A stretch of 63,538 nucleotides of DNA, counting the filler, from Conidiobolus incongruus B7586 (taxonomy: Eukaryota): NCBI GenBank assembly GCA_000697335.1. It is 7 parts of 7 records of this genome, joined end to end, with 100 filler letters (N's around TTAATTAATTAA, not from the genome) between each part and the next. Parts side by side here need not be neighbours in the genome. Positions count along the whole stretch, not along the records: positions 50,175 to 56,930 come from JNEM01006334.1; positions 57,031 to 62,383 come from JNEM01006344.1; positions 62,484 to 63,538 come from JNEM01006366.1; 4 more parts are not named here. One strand, 5' to 3'. Positions within the stretch are counted from its first letter, which is position 1, and the number at the start of each line of letters is the position of its first letter. Shown in pieces: positions 52,966 to 62,536 of the stretch. The notes under the pieces are model-generated. The model had not been told where the DNA came from. It made no database searches and worked only from the letters and a program-made list of their open reading frames with translations. Position numbers and translations under genes: made by a program.

Positions 52966-53039
52966 TGCTCCCAACAGGGATCAAACCTGTGACCTTGGCG
53001 TTATTAGCACCACGCTCTAACCAACTGAGCTATGGGAGC
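52966..53039 (-). tRNA. tRNA-Ile (anticodon AAT), with a T-loop C56T variant
   Basis: GCTCCCA/TGGGAGC acceptor stem, TAGCTCAGTTGGTTAGAGC D arm, TGGTG-CTAATAA-CGCCA anticodon arm, T loop TTTGATC and an immediately following T5 terminator. Confidence 0.92.
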
Positions 53040-53049
53040 CTATTTGAAT

Positions 53050-53607
53050 TGTCACGACTATTAGCTCTTGCAGCGTCATCTAGGACACTGACACAGCCAT
53101 TCTGTAGGCCAGATTGTGAAACATGACACCTACCAGCTGGGGAAAACAACCGATGATCAGGTCTCTGGCTATTTGGCCTTGATCACTTGTAAATAGGGCT
53201 TTGTAAAGAGTGACTAGACCAGCAGCAACAGTGGTGGCGTTGGGATCCGACATGCTAATAAGATGGAATTGAGGAATATTAATAGGAATGAACTTAGAAA
53301 GAATAGTGTAAAATGACTCAAGTGGGACTATAGGCAGTTACTTGAGTATACCAAAAGGGCTGGTTTTGGAAGTAGGCAAAAGTTTTATTTGTGTAAAAAA
53401 GTAATGTAAGAGAGTGAGATCAAGAGGAGGAGACAAATCCTTCTTATAACTAAGTGAAATATATAGGCATAAGTATGCAATAGCTGAGTAACAGTGAGGT
53501 CACTCTGATATAGACTGGTAAAAGTTGATGAGGCTTAGTTTGGTTAATCAGGTACTTAGTAGTGAATTGGAGTGAGGAAAGGCATCAATTAGGTAGTAAT
53601 TGCCATG
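53050..53607 (-). mobile_element. Solo LTR (family T), 10 bp upstream of tRNA-Ile
   Basis: Homologous to 24272-24803 in the opposite orientation, with TGTCAC at 53050 and a perfect flanking TGAAT duplication at 53045-53049 and 53608-53612. Confidence 0.82.
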
Positions 53608-54520
53608 TGAATAATTTAATAAAACAAGAATACTTATAGATTTTAAGATAATTTATTACAAACAATAATATTTCTCATCATAATCTACTTTATTTTAATA
53701 CCAATTTGTTTCATTTCCATTTTATATTACATTCATAATATTTTAAAAATTTTAATTTTTTTTCAATTCTATTAATCTAACTTATTAATTTTATACATGA
53801 AAAATTTTAAATTATATTTATATAATATTAAATTTCTGGTTAATCTATTTATTCACAAATTTTTGAAATCTATAAAATCAAATATTTCAAAATTTAAACT
53901 CATAAAAATTCTGATTTTGCATAATACTATATATTATGTAAAAGTAATTATTTTATTCATAGATTTTTATATTATAGCTTGAAAAACAACATGCTAAGTA
54001 TTAAATCTAAAAAAAAATGACAAAAATCAAACATACATTATAATTTAGTTAGAAAAGATAATTCCTTATTTAAAATGGCTCGTATGCTGCTCAAATATAT
54101 ACTGAACAAAATTATTATAATTGAATATATTATCAACTGACGAAAATCTTAAAAAATAATTTGAAAAATATTCTTATTTAGTATAATGTTATTGATTTTC
54201 TCAATTTCTAGAATTATATCAACAATCCACAATTTTAATGTACAAGAGAACGAAGTAATATAAAGAATATAAGTTTATGGAAAATTTCATTCTAGTTATT
54301 ATTAAACAATAGTACTGTTAGATATATCATAATAATTCTCATAAACTGTCCATTATAAACGAATTGATTTTATATGATTATATTCATTGATTACGACTTC
54401 ATATTCAAACTGTCAGTTTGTTGACGAGTTAGATAATCTGCAAATTGATAGTCATTTCACAATAATATAAAAGAATTGGTTAAAAGCTTTAAATCACTTA
54501 TTTTGAATCTAAATCTGGCC

Positions 54521-54853
54521 ATGGTTTATATTTGGATAACTATCCATTTAATTTCGAGTATTTTGAGTGCGCCTATGCCGAATCCTGGCGGCATAATTCC
54601 TGAACTGTTTGGTGCGAAGCAGGCGACGGGTAATATTGGTGGCGCTACCAATATTGTTAACAATTCGGGACCTACCTCTCCTAGTGGGGCTCAATTCCTC
54701 CCACCGCCCCCTATGATGTTCATGCCTCAGCAGCAGCCTACTTTCTTTATTCATGATGCTAGCACTGTGCAGCCTCACGGTCCTCTCACTGGATTGAATT
54801 CTGCTTCTTTGAATGATCCTTTGCCCAATCCTGCCCCGCCGATGTTCTTTTAA
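54521..54853 (+). CDS. Small secreted protein with the conserved AKQA core and a Pro-rich tail (110 aa)
   Basis: MVYIWITIHLISSILS-APMPNPGGIIPELFGAKQATGNIGGATNIVNNSG...PPPPMMFMPQQQP..., a GC-rich coding island in AT-rich DNA. Confidence 0.8.
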   Translation: MVYIWITIHLISSILSAPMPNPGGIIPELFGAKQATGNIGGATNIVNNSGPTSPSGAQFLPPPPMMFMPQQQPTFFIHDASTVQPHGPLTGLNSASLNDPLPNPAPPMFF

Positions 54854-55511
54854 ATAGATTATCATATTGCATTTTCTAAGTTCATAATTTTTTGCGTTAG
54901 TTTCTTTGAAATAAAAACCATCATATTCATATCATTCAAACTATTTTTAAATATAATAACCAATTGTTATCTAATAAAATATCAAGTAGTGATATTAAAA
55001 TTGATTATATTACTATCAATGCAATATTAGTGCACTCTTTCTTTCAAATAATCAGAATAAAATTAAACCCATAGATGATTATAAACACTAATAAACAAAA
55101 AATTAGAAAATAGTCAATACAAGTCAACAAAGATATCAATATAATTCAATATCCAAGGTTATTTTAAATATTATATAAATTAACTTAATCATATATTATT
55201 TTAAAAGATATTTAATATTATTTAAAATCGAAATGATTTATTATAAAAAAACTATTCAAAATTAAATAATTATAGAAACTATATAATATTAATATAATAA
55301 TTCAAGTTAATGAAATTTTAACCATTTTATTAAGGTTCAAATTTTTAATATTATATTAATTGATTGGTAATTCATTAATAATTTTTTCGATTTTAGATTG
55401 AATATATAGGATATTTGAATTAAATAGTATAATTATAAAAAATAGATTTGATAATAATAAATAATCATTTAATGCAAACTATAATATATAAATTGCTTAA
55501 CAGTAGGTGGG

Positions 55512-55994
55512 TTACATGCCATTCATAATTTCCGAAGTTAATTCATCGGCATCATTGGGTCCAATTTGTTGTTTAGCAGTCGCAACTGAAGAGAGCAATC
55601 TTCGGACGAGAGTGTCGTGGGGACCTTCGTGACGTCGGTTTAATTGAGAAGCTCTTCTGCGGTGTCGTGCGTGGCTATTGTGACCTCCATTATGGCCGTC
55701 GTGACGATCTTCCTGTCGACGTTCCAAGGAAATGGATCTTTTGGCTTTTGCAGTGTCGTGGGGACCATCGTGACGTCTACTCAATTTCTTGGCTTTGCTG
55801 TTGTGGTGATGGTGGTGATGGTGATGGTGGTCGTGCTGTCTGCGCTCAAGGTTTACAGATCTCCTGGCAATATTAGTATCGTGAGGGCCGTCATGACGTC
55901 TGACCAATTCAGCGTCTAGCTTATATGGTAGTGAGTGAGCTTCAGTAAAGATCAAATTAAAAATCAAACTCAACAAAATAGTTTTAAATTGCAT
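55512..55994 (-). CDS. Secreted His-rich Kex2-processed repeat protein (KEP-like peptide precursor)
   Basis: Signal peptide, multiple RR/KR sites, three H[DE]GPHDT units, two S(V/I)xLERR spacers and a His9 tract. Confidence 0.85.
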   Translation of the reverse strand: MQFKTILLSLIFNLIFTEAHSLPYKLDAELVRRHDGPHDTNIARRSVNLERRQHDHHHHHHHHHNSKAKKLSRRHDGPHDTAKAKRSISLERRQEDRHDGHNGGHNSHARHRRRASQLNRRHEGPHDTLVRRLLSSVATAKQQIGPNDADELTSEIMNGM

Positions 55995-56402
55995 CCTGAT
56001 ATTAATAATAAATATATTATAATTTTCTAGTCTACATATTCATTGTAATATATATAATGATGTTGAGACAATTGAAATAAACTAATAGTTGAAAAAAGTG
56101 TGGGGTGAATTTAAGATAATCCAATTATTTTAAACATTGAACTTGTGCAATCAATAGATTGTCAATAGTGGTCAACACAATTGATCAATTCTACGTATCT
56201 GGCGCATACCCATATTTCAATCAAGCTATAAATCTTAATATAACAAATTAAGAATTAATCTAATTATATTTAAATATTGAATCACCAAAACACTTTTAAA
56301 TCCAATACAATATCCCATAATAATAAAAAAATCATTAATTGAAAATATATAAATCCTCAATTTAAAATCAAATCAATTTAAAAAAAAGGCTTTTTTCTTA
56401 CT

Positions 56403-56930
56403 CAAGAAGCGGAAACCACACCTAATCTTGAGCTCATTCCTTCAAAGAGCGTGAAACCACTTTGAAAAAAAAAAGAAGAGAGAAGCAAAACACATCCAAC
56501 TATACAAACGATGCCCTCTATCAACGAGGACCCGGCTAGGAAGATAGCCCCCCCGACACCCCCGGATCCGAATATCCAGAAACAACCCAATCAAGCAATG
56601 ATGTCGTACGCAAAAATTCTTGCAGCAGCAAACGGTAAGTTACCCTTCTCTACTACCGCATACTCCCTTGTTTTTGACGTCTCTAAATTTTCGTTCTCAG
56701 ATATTAAATCGGAACAAACCGATGCTATCCCTTTAGATGTACCTTTCAACAGTTTGAGAAACGCCATCATTCGCTCATACATTCCCTTAGGGGCCTCTTC
56801 AGGCCAATCTAGAATGGCAAGCAGATTAATTGAAGTGGGATTCAAAAGTCTTGAACACAGAAATAATGCCATGCACCAAACCTACAAAGTTGAAGGCATC
56901 GAGATAATCCCCAAAATCACACAAGATCCA
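56403..56930 (+). mobile_element. Probable non-LTR retrotransposon (L1/Tx1-like) ORF1 5' portion, cut by a gap
   Basis: An abrupt rise in GC content. The open ORF has PPTPPDP, SYAKILAAA and RLIEVGFKSLEHRNNAM..YKVEGIEIIP, resembling the RRM-like region of LINE ORF1 proteins. No RT is visible. Confidence 0.55.
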
Positions 56931-57030
56931 NNNNNNNNNNNNNNNNNNNNNNNNNNNNNNNNNNNNNNNNNNNNTTAATTAATTAANNNNNNNNNNNNNN
57001 NNNNNNNNNNNNNNNNNNNNNNNNNNNNNN

Positions 57031-57792
57031 AATAATAATAAAATATATAAAATTATAAAAGAATTTATATATAAATAACTAGATAATATTTCCATATATA
57101 ATATCTTTAATATATTATATTAAGAGACTAGTTCTCTAAATTCTTATATATACTATATAATTCAATTAACTTTAAATTATATGGTGAATTTATATTTTTA
57201 TAATTAAATTAATGATATAAATAGCATTGAATTAGATAATAAACAAGGTTCCTCTTTTTCTCTCAATTCTTATTATTTCTTATTTTTATATTACTTCTAA
57301 GTTTGAAACTACATTCTGTTAATATTATAGTATATTGGCATTATCTAATATAAATCTTAATATATCAGTGAATTATCTCAGTTCGAAGCTTAATTAAACT
57401 TTGTTTACATCTGCACACTATATCCCATGCTACCTCGCCATGTTCTGTGCTATGCTACTCCTATATCAAGTCTTCCTTTGCATTATATCAGTATTGTACC
57501 ACCATGTTTATATATTATATCCTATATAAATATTATTATTTTAAATACTTAAAGAATATAATTATAAAAAAATTCCTTCAAATAAATGAAATTTGTTTAT
57601 AAAATATTAAATTTAAGTTTTTAATAAAAAACTATTATTAAAATGTTAAAATATGTTAAATTTATAATAAAGAGTTAATTATAATAAAAAAATATTAATT
57701 TTATATATTATATTAATTTTTTTATATTATACATAAATAAGTTTATTTATTTTTAATTTTAAAATTATACAAATATTTAATTTTTATACTAA
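57031..57792 (+). mobile_element. Degenerate mariner 3' part interrupted by a solo LTR
   Basis: 57560-57794 aligns with the reverse complement of 35098-35335, ending AAAATTATACAAATATTTAATTTTTATACTAA|TA. 57031-57050 resembles eroded DNCKIHK codons. Confidence 0.7.
57118..57512 (+). mobile_element. Solo LTR (Gypsy family G) nested in a mariner
   Basis: TATTAAGAGACTAG start, homologous to other G LTRs, with flanking TATTA/TATTA. Confidence 0.82.
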
Positions 57793-58833
57793 TATTTTAT
57801 AATAATAAGCCTATTAACAGAATTTGCTTTATTGTAATCATTATTATAATTGACTAATATATATTAATAAGTTTTTAGCTTTTAATTTCTTATTTTTTTT
57901 AAACTGGTTCCTAATAATTAATAATTTTAAACTAATTAAATTAATATTATATTATATAATAAGTTTTGTAAATATGGTTATTAGAAAAGTACTTATAATA
58001 TGAATTAGTAAATGATTTATTAATCCTACTCTTTAATATACTGGGATTGTATGTCTTAAAACTTATTGTTAAGAAGTTATAGTAGAATATTCAAAAAAAC
58101 CCTTTTCTATATTTATCACTTCTAAGTTTAAATAGTTGATTCAATGAAAAATATAGGATTTGGTTAAAATCTCACTAAGAGAATAAAGAGAAGAAAGAGT
58201 ATCATTTAATTATAGAATGATAAAGCCATTATATTTGAGGGATAAAATGGATTTAACTACTAAATTAAGACAGATGGGTATTTTCAAAATACAGCATCAA
58301 TAATTAAACAATAAATTTAAATTCCGAAAATGCATACCAATTTAAAAATAAATTTTGAAAAATATTGATTGGAGATTGTTTTTTAAATTCTAATTTTGTT
58401 AGACTCATATTATCATTAATAGCATATGTTTATCTATTATTTTTCTATCATTTTATGAGCAAAATATTTAAAACTTGAATCAACCATTAACTATACATAG
58501 ATAAATTACTATATTAATGATATTTTTAAATCATTTAAAAGTATATATGATATATACTTTTTCTTCTTGATACCCAATTCTAGAAAATCTAATTGAACAC
58601 AACATTTCTTGCATTAGTAATCAAACTGAACAAAAATATTATATTATTCAAGAATCCCATAATTATAGAATAACTATTATTAATTTCAAAAAGATCACAA
58701 TAATTTTTAAAAAAATACAAAAGGTCTAGATACATAAAATAATTATTAAATATAATATTTTAAATTAAAAATTTTTTTGAAATTATTTAAATAGATTAAA
58801 TATACATTAAATCCTATCTTTACCATAAATATT

Positions 58834-61443
58834 ATGTCATCTTTAGATCCTATAGAATTATTACAATGGAGTTTTATAACTCAACAAAATATGCCAGTAC
58901 TAGATTCTGATATATCGAAATACGAACTAGTTAACGAATTGAGTTCTTTGTTAAAAGATGGCAAATTTTTTGAAATTATTTCTAATCCTGTATTTAACTT
59001 TGTATACTCTCAAATCCCTGCCGATGAGAGTATTAAGCAAATTGCTGATAGTGTGAATAAGGAAGATGCTACCATTACCGAGACTTACATCCAGTTGAAG
59101 GCTTACCAGCTCCACATCAGCGGAGCCATTAAGACCTGGGTCAATGAAGATAATATCCATCACATTTTGATGTTGATTTTGGGTATTGCTCTACTAAATT
59201 TTTTCGTTCAAGTTGGTTGGACAGGTCCCGAAATGAGTAAGGAGCAAGCTGGAGAACTTTCACAACTTTTCAAAGTGATTTACCCTAATCCAGAAGATTT
59301 TTCTGCTAAGAGATCCAATACAACTGATGCTATCCTTAGAGATTTTTCTGTAGAGGGTGAAGATGCTTACCATTTGACTTTATATCCTGCTATGTTGTGG
59401 TATTCTGAAACTATTTTGAGTGTCCTGGCCCCCCTTGGATTGGCCAAGAGCTCTAACTGGTGGTTAAGCCGTGCTTTATTTTTCAAGCAACGTTTATTAG
59501 ATAACCCTACCGAAACTTTGAAAAATACTATATATAACCTTTTGAAACCTTTTATTGATTCTTTACCCACTTTGGAGCCCACTCATCCAGATTTTGAATT
59601 ATTTTCCGATTTGGGATCTCGTCTCTGGATTGAATTGGGTCTTCACAACCATTTATTTTACCAAGATCAACAAGCTGTTGAATGCTACGATCGCTCTAAA
59701 GATTGGAGTGGTCTCGAATACCAGATTACTGGTGCCCTGGGTAAGCGAACCAAATACCAGCAAAGAGATATCAGTCAGCTCGTTTTGTGGGCTAAAAGTA
59801 GAAAAGCTGGCGAACAAACTGAAAAACCCAAGCTTCCAGAGACTCTCCCATTGAATGATGATACCCTTATGGAAAATATTAAATTTGCTGAAAATCAAGA
59901 AGATGAAGAATTCCAAAAGGAAATTTCTAATCCTTCCTCTTTGGCCAAGATTGATCAATGTATCTTGTTGGCTTACTGTCTCAATATTAAGAATACTAAC
60001 CCTGATCACGGTATTACCAACGAACAGATGTTCCCATATGTCACTAGAGTTTTAGCTCATCCCAACAACTGGATGATTCATACCATGGGTTTAGTTTTGA
60101 GATCTCGTTTGGAAAGCACCAAATCCAGAACTGTCGAAAGATCAGTATTCCAATTACAAGCTTTAGTTGATCAATGGAATGTTACTGACTCTCAAGTCAC
60201 TGAAAGATTGGAGCATATCCATTCCCTCTTACTCCCATCTAAATGGGAAATGGAAAAGGAACTCGCTGAAAGATTCATGTCTCTTGGTATCATCAGATCA
60301 GCTCTTGAAATTTACCAAAAGTTAGAATTATGGGAACAAGTTATTAACTGTCACTTGATGCTTGAAAAAGAAGATCACGCCATGGCTGTGATTGAAGAGC
60401 AACTTGCTATCAATCCCAACTCTCCCAAATTACTCTGTCTCAAGGGTGATGCTACCGAAGATCCTACATGGTACCACCGCGCTTGGGATATTTCTGGTCA
60501 GAGATACTCTCGTGCTATGAGATCTCTTGGTAGCTACTACTTCAAGAAGGGTGAATACAACTCGTCCGTTGGTTGCTTCATGAAGGCTTTGACTATCAAT
60601 CCTCTCTTCGAACACTCCTGGTACCTTTGTGGATGTGCTGCCATGCAATGTGAAAACTATGAAATTGCCGCTCAAGCTTTCCGTCAAGTCATTTCCATCG
60701 ATGACGAAAATGCTGAAGCTTGGAACAACTTAGCTTCCATTTACCTCAAGATTAATCAGAAGAAGGAAGCCTTCCTCGCCTTCAAGCAAGCTTTAAAGCG
60801 CAAATACGAAAACTGGAAGATCTGGACCAATTACATGTATACCAGTTTGGATATGGGGTATATTGGCGAAGCCATCCGCGCCTTTGAAAAAATCGTCGAT
60901 CTCAGATGGAAAGACGCCAAGGAAGCTTGTGTTGACCAGGAAATTTTAGGTATTTTCATTAATGCTGTCCTCAACGACACTCCCGACGCCAAAGGTCAAG
61001 GATCTGCTAGATATGCTGCTCAGCTGGAGAGTTTGATCAAGAACACGATTTTGACGAGAATTGTCGCAGATGCTGGCATTTGGAAGCTGTATGCCAAATT
61101 GTTGCTCAGTAACAAGCGTTATGCCGAAGCTTTGGACTGTCAGGTTAAAGCTTACAGAACCATCTCCCATAAAGCTGACTTATTGACCAACCCTGTATCC
61201 TTCCAAATCGTCAGTGAAAGTTTAATCGAATTGGTCGATAGTTACCAGAGCTTGGGATCTCAGCCCAACCCCACACCAGAGAACCCTGACGCTGTAGTAT
61301 GCCCCGACTGGAACTATCAATCCCGCATGCTACTACGAAACTTGATTGCCAAGACTAAGAACACCTACGAAGGGGAACATCACCACAATTTGTTGGTCAA
61401 TGCTTTAGAAGAGTTGCCTCCCGCCAACAAAATTCAAAAATAA
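58834..61443 (+). CDS. EMW1: TPR-repeat protein, TTC27/Emw1 family
   Basis: ITGALGKRTKYQQ..ISQLVL, LNDDTL, NWMIHTMGLVLRSRLES..SRTVERS..QLQALVDQ and TPR repeats (AEAWNNLAS, ENWKIWTNY). Confidence 0.92.
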   Translation: MSSLDPIELLQWSFITQQNMPVLDSDISKYELVNELSSLLKDGKFFEIISNPVFNFVYSQIPADESIKQIADSVNKEDATITETYIQLKAYQLHISGAIKTWVNEDNIHHILMLILGIALLNFFVQVGWTGPEMSKEQAGELSQLFKVIYPNPEDFSAKRSNTTDAILRDFSVEGEDAYHLTLYPAMLWYSETILSVLAPLGLAKSSNWWLSRALFFKQRLLDNPTETLKNTIYNLLKPFIDSLPTLEPTHPDFELFSDLGSRLWIELGLHNHLFYQDQQAVECYDRSKDWSGLEYQITGALGKRTKYQQRDISQLVLWAKSRKAGEQTEKPKLPETLPLNDDTLMENIKFAENQEDEEFQKEISNPSSLAKIDQCILLAYCLNIKNTNPDHGITNEQMFPYVTRVLAHPNNWMIHTMGLVLRSRLESTKSRTVERSVFQLQALVDQWNVTDSQVTERLEHIHSLLLPSKWEMEKELAERFMSLGIIRSALEIYQKLELWEQVINCHLMLEKEDHAMAVIEEQLAINPNSPKLLCLKGDATEDPTWYHRAWDISGQRYSRAMRSLGSYYFKKGEYNSSVGCFMKALTINPLFEHSWYLCGCAAMQCENYEIAAQAFRQVISIDDENAEAWNNLASIYLKINQKKEAFLAFKQALKRKYENWKIWTNYMYTSLDMGYIGEAIRAFEKIVDLRWKDAKEACVDQEILGIFINAVLNDTPDAKGQGSARYAAQLESLIKNTILTRIVADAGIWKLYAKLLLSNKRYAEALDCQVKAYRTISHKADLLTNPVSFQIVSESLIELVDSYQSLGSQPNPTPENPDAVVCPDWNYQSRMLLRNLIAKTKNTYEGEHHHNLLVNALEELPPANKIQK

Positions 61444-61621
61444 TCACTTTGTAAAAACTTACCCCAATATTTATTATCATTTCAATCCATTACATTTTTT
61501 AGCATAACCTTTTTGCAAATTTTTATTAAATAATAAATTATCATTTCAAATATTTAAATTTTTTATCAAAGTAACCAATATTGGAATAACTATATTCTTT
61601 TTATCTTGAAGTAATATGTCG

Positions 61622-61900
61622 TTAATACAGAAATTAAATAAAACAATTGATATATGTTTATAAAAATTAATTCTCTTTATTATTAATATTTCTTGACTAT
61701 ATCTTTAATAAGCTTCTAATACTTAATAATTCTTTTTATTAAAGACTGGAATTAAATATTTTATAAAGTGGTTAAATATAATTGTAAAAATTTTTTCTTA
61801 TAAATATATTTTTTGATTACTTAAAATAATATTTATTATATATGTTTTAATTTAGATTATATATTAAATTTGATTATTTTGAATTTTTTTTATTTTTATT
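61622..61900 (-). mobile_element. Degenerate, internally deleted mariner 3' end
   Basis: TIR-like TTAATACAGAAATTAAATAA, and AAGCTTCTAATAC...TTTTTATTAAAGACTG matching 35240-35283. The inner boundary is approximate. Confidence 0.6.
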
Positions 61901-61959
61901 TTTAAATATATTATAAAATTTGAAGAATTAATTCTATATGATATATAAGGGAATTAATA

Positions 61960-62323
61960 TATTAAAAGACTAGTTCTTAAAATTTATATATATATTCCTA
62001 TATAATTCGTTTGATTATAAATTAATCAATTTATTAATATTTCAAAGATAAATTAATTATATAAATAATATTGAATCATCTAATAAATTAGCTTTTTTCT
62101 CTCATTTTTTATTTTTTTATTATTTATAAAATTAAGACTAAATTCTGTAAATATTATAATATATTGGCATTTATCCTAATATATCAATATTGACTCATTT
62201 ATTTATAAAGCTTAATTAAACTTTGTTTATATTTCCACATTATATTGTCATGTTTTGTATCACAACACTTTTATATTAAGTCTTTCTTTATATTATATTA
62301 GTTTATTCATTATTATACTTAAA
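61960..62323 (+). mobile_element. Degenerate family-G LTR
   Basis: TATTAAAAGACTAGTTC start and the shared AAGCTTAATTAAACTTTGTTTA block. No clear TSD. Confidence 0.75.
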
Positions 62324-62536
62324 ATATATATATATATTAATTTTTAAAAAAAATAGTTAATTGATAAAATAAATATTTTATATNNNNNNNNNNNNNNNNN
62401 NNNNNNNNNNNNNNNNNNNNNNNNNNNTTAATTAATTAANNNNNNNNNNNNNNNNNNNNNNNNNNNNNNNNNNNNNNNNNNNNTTAATAATTATTTATTT
62501 TTAATTTAAATCAAATTATATTAAACTATATAAATA

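Noticed and set aside
55600..55900. Spaced DNA repeats (GTCGTGGGGACC-like) resembling a CRISPR array
   Set aside because: They are the codons of the repeated H[DE]GPHDT peptides in a eukaryotic gene, and no cas genes are present.
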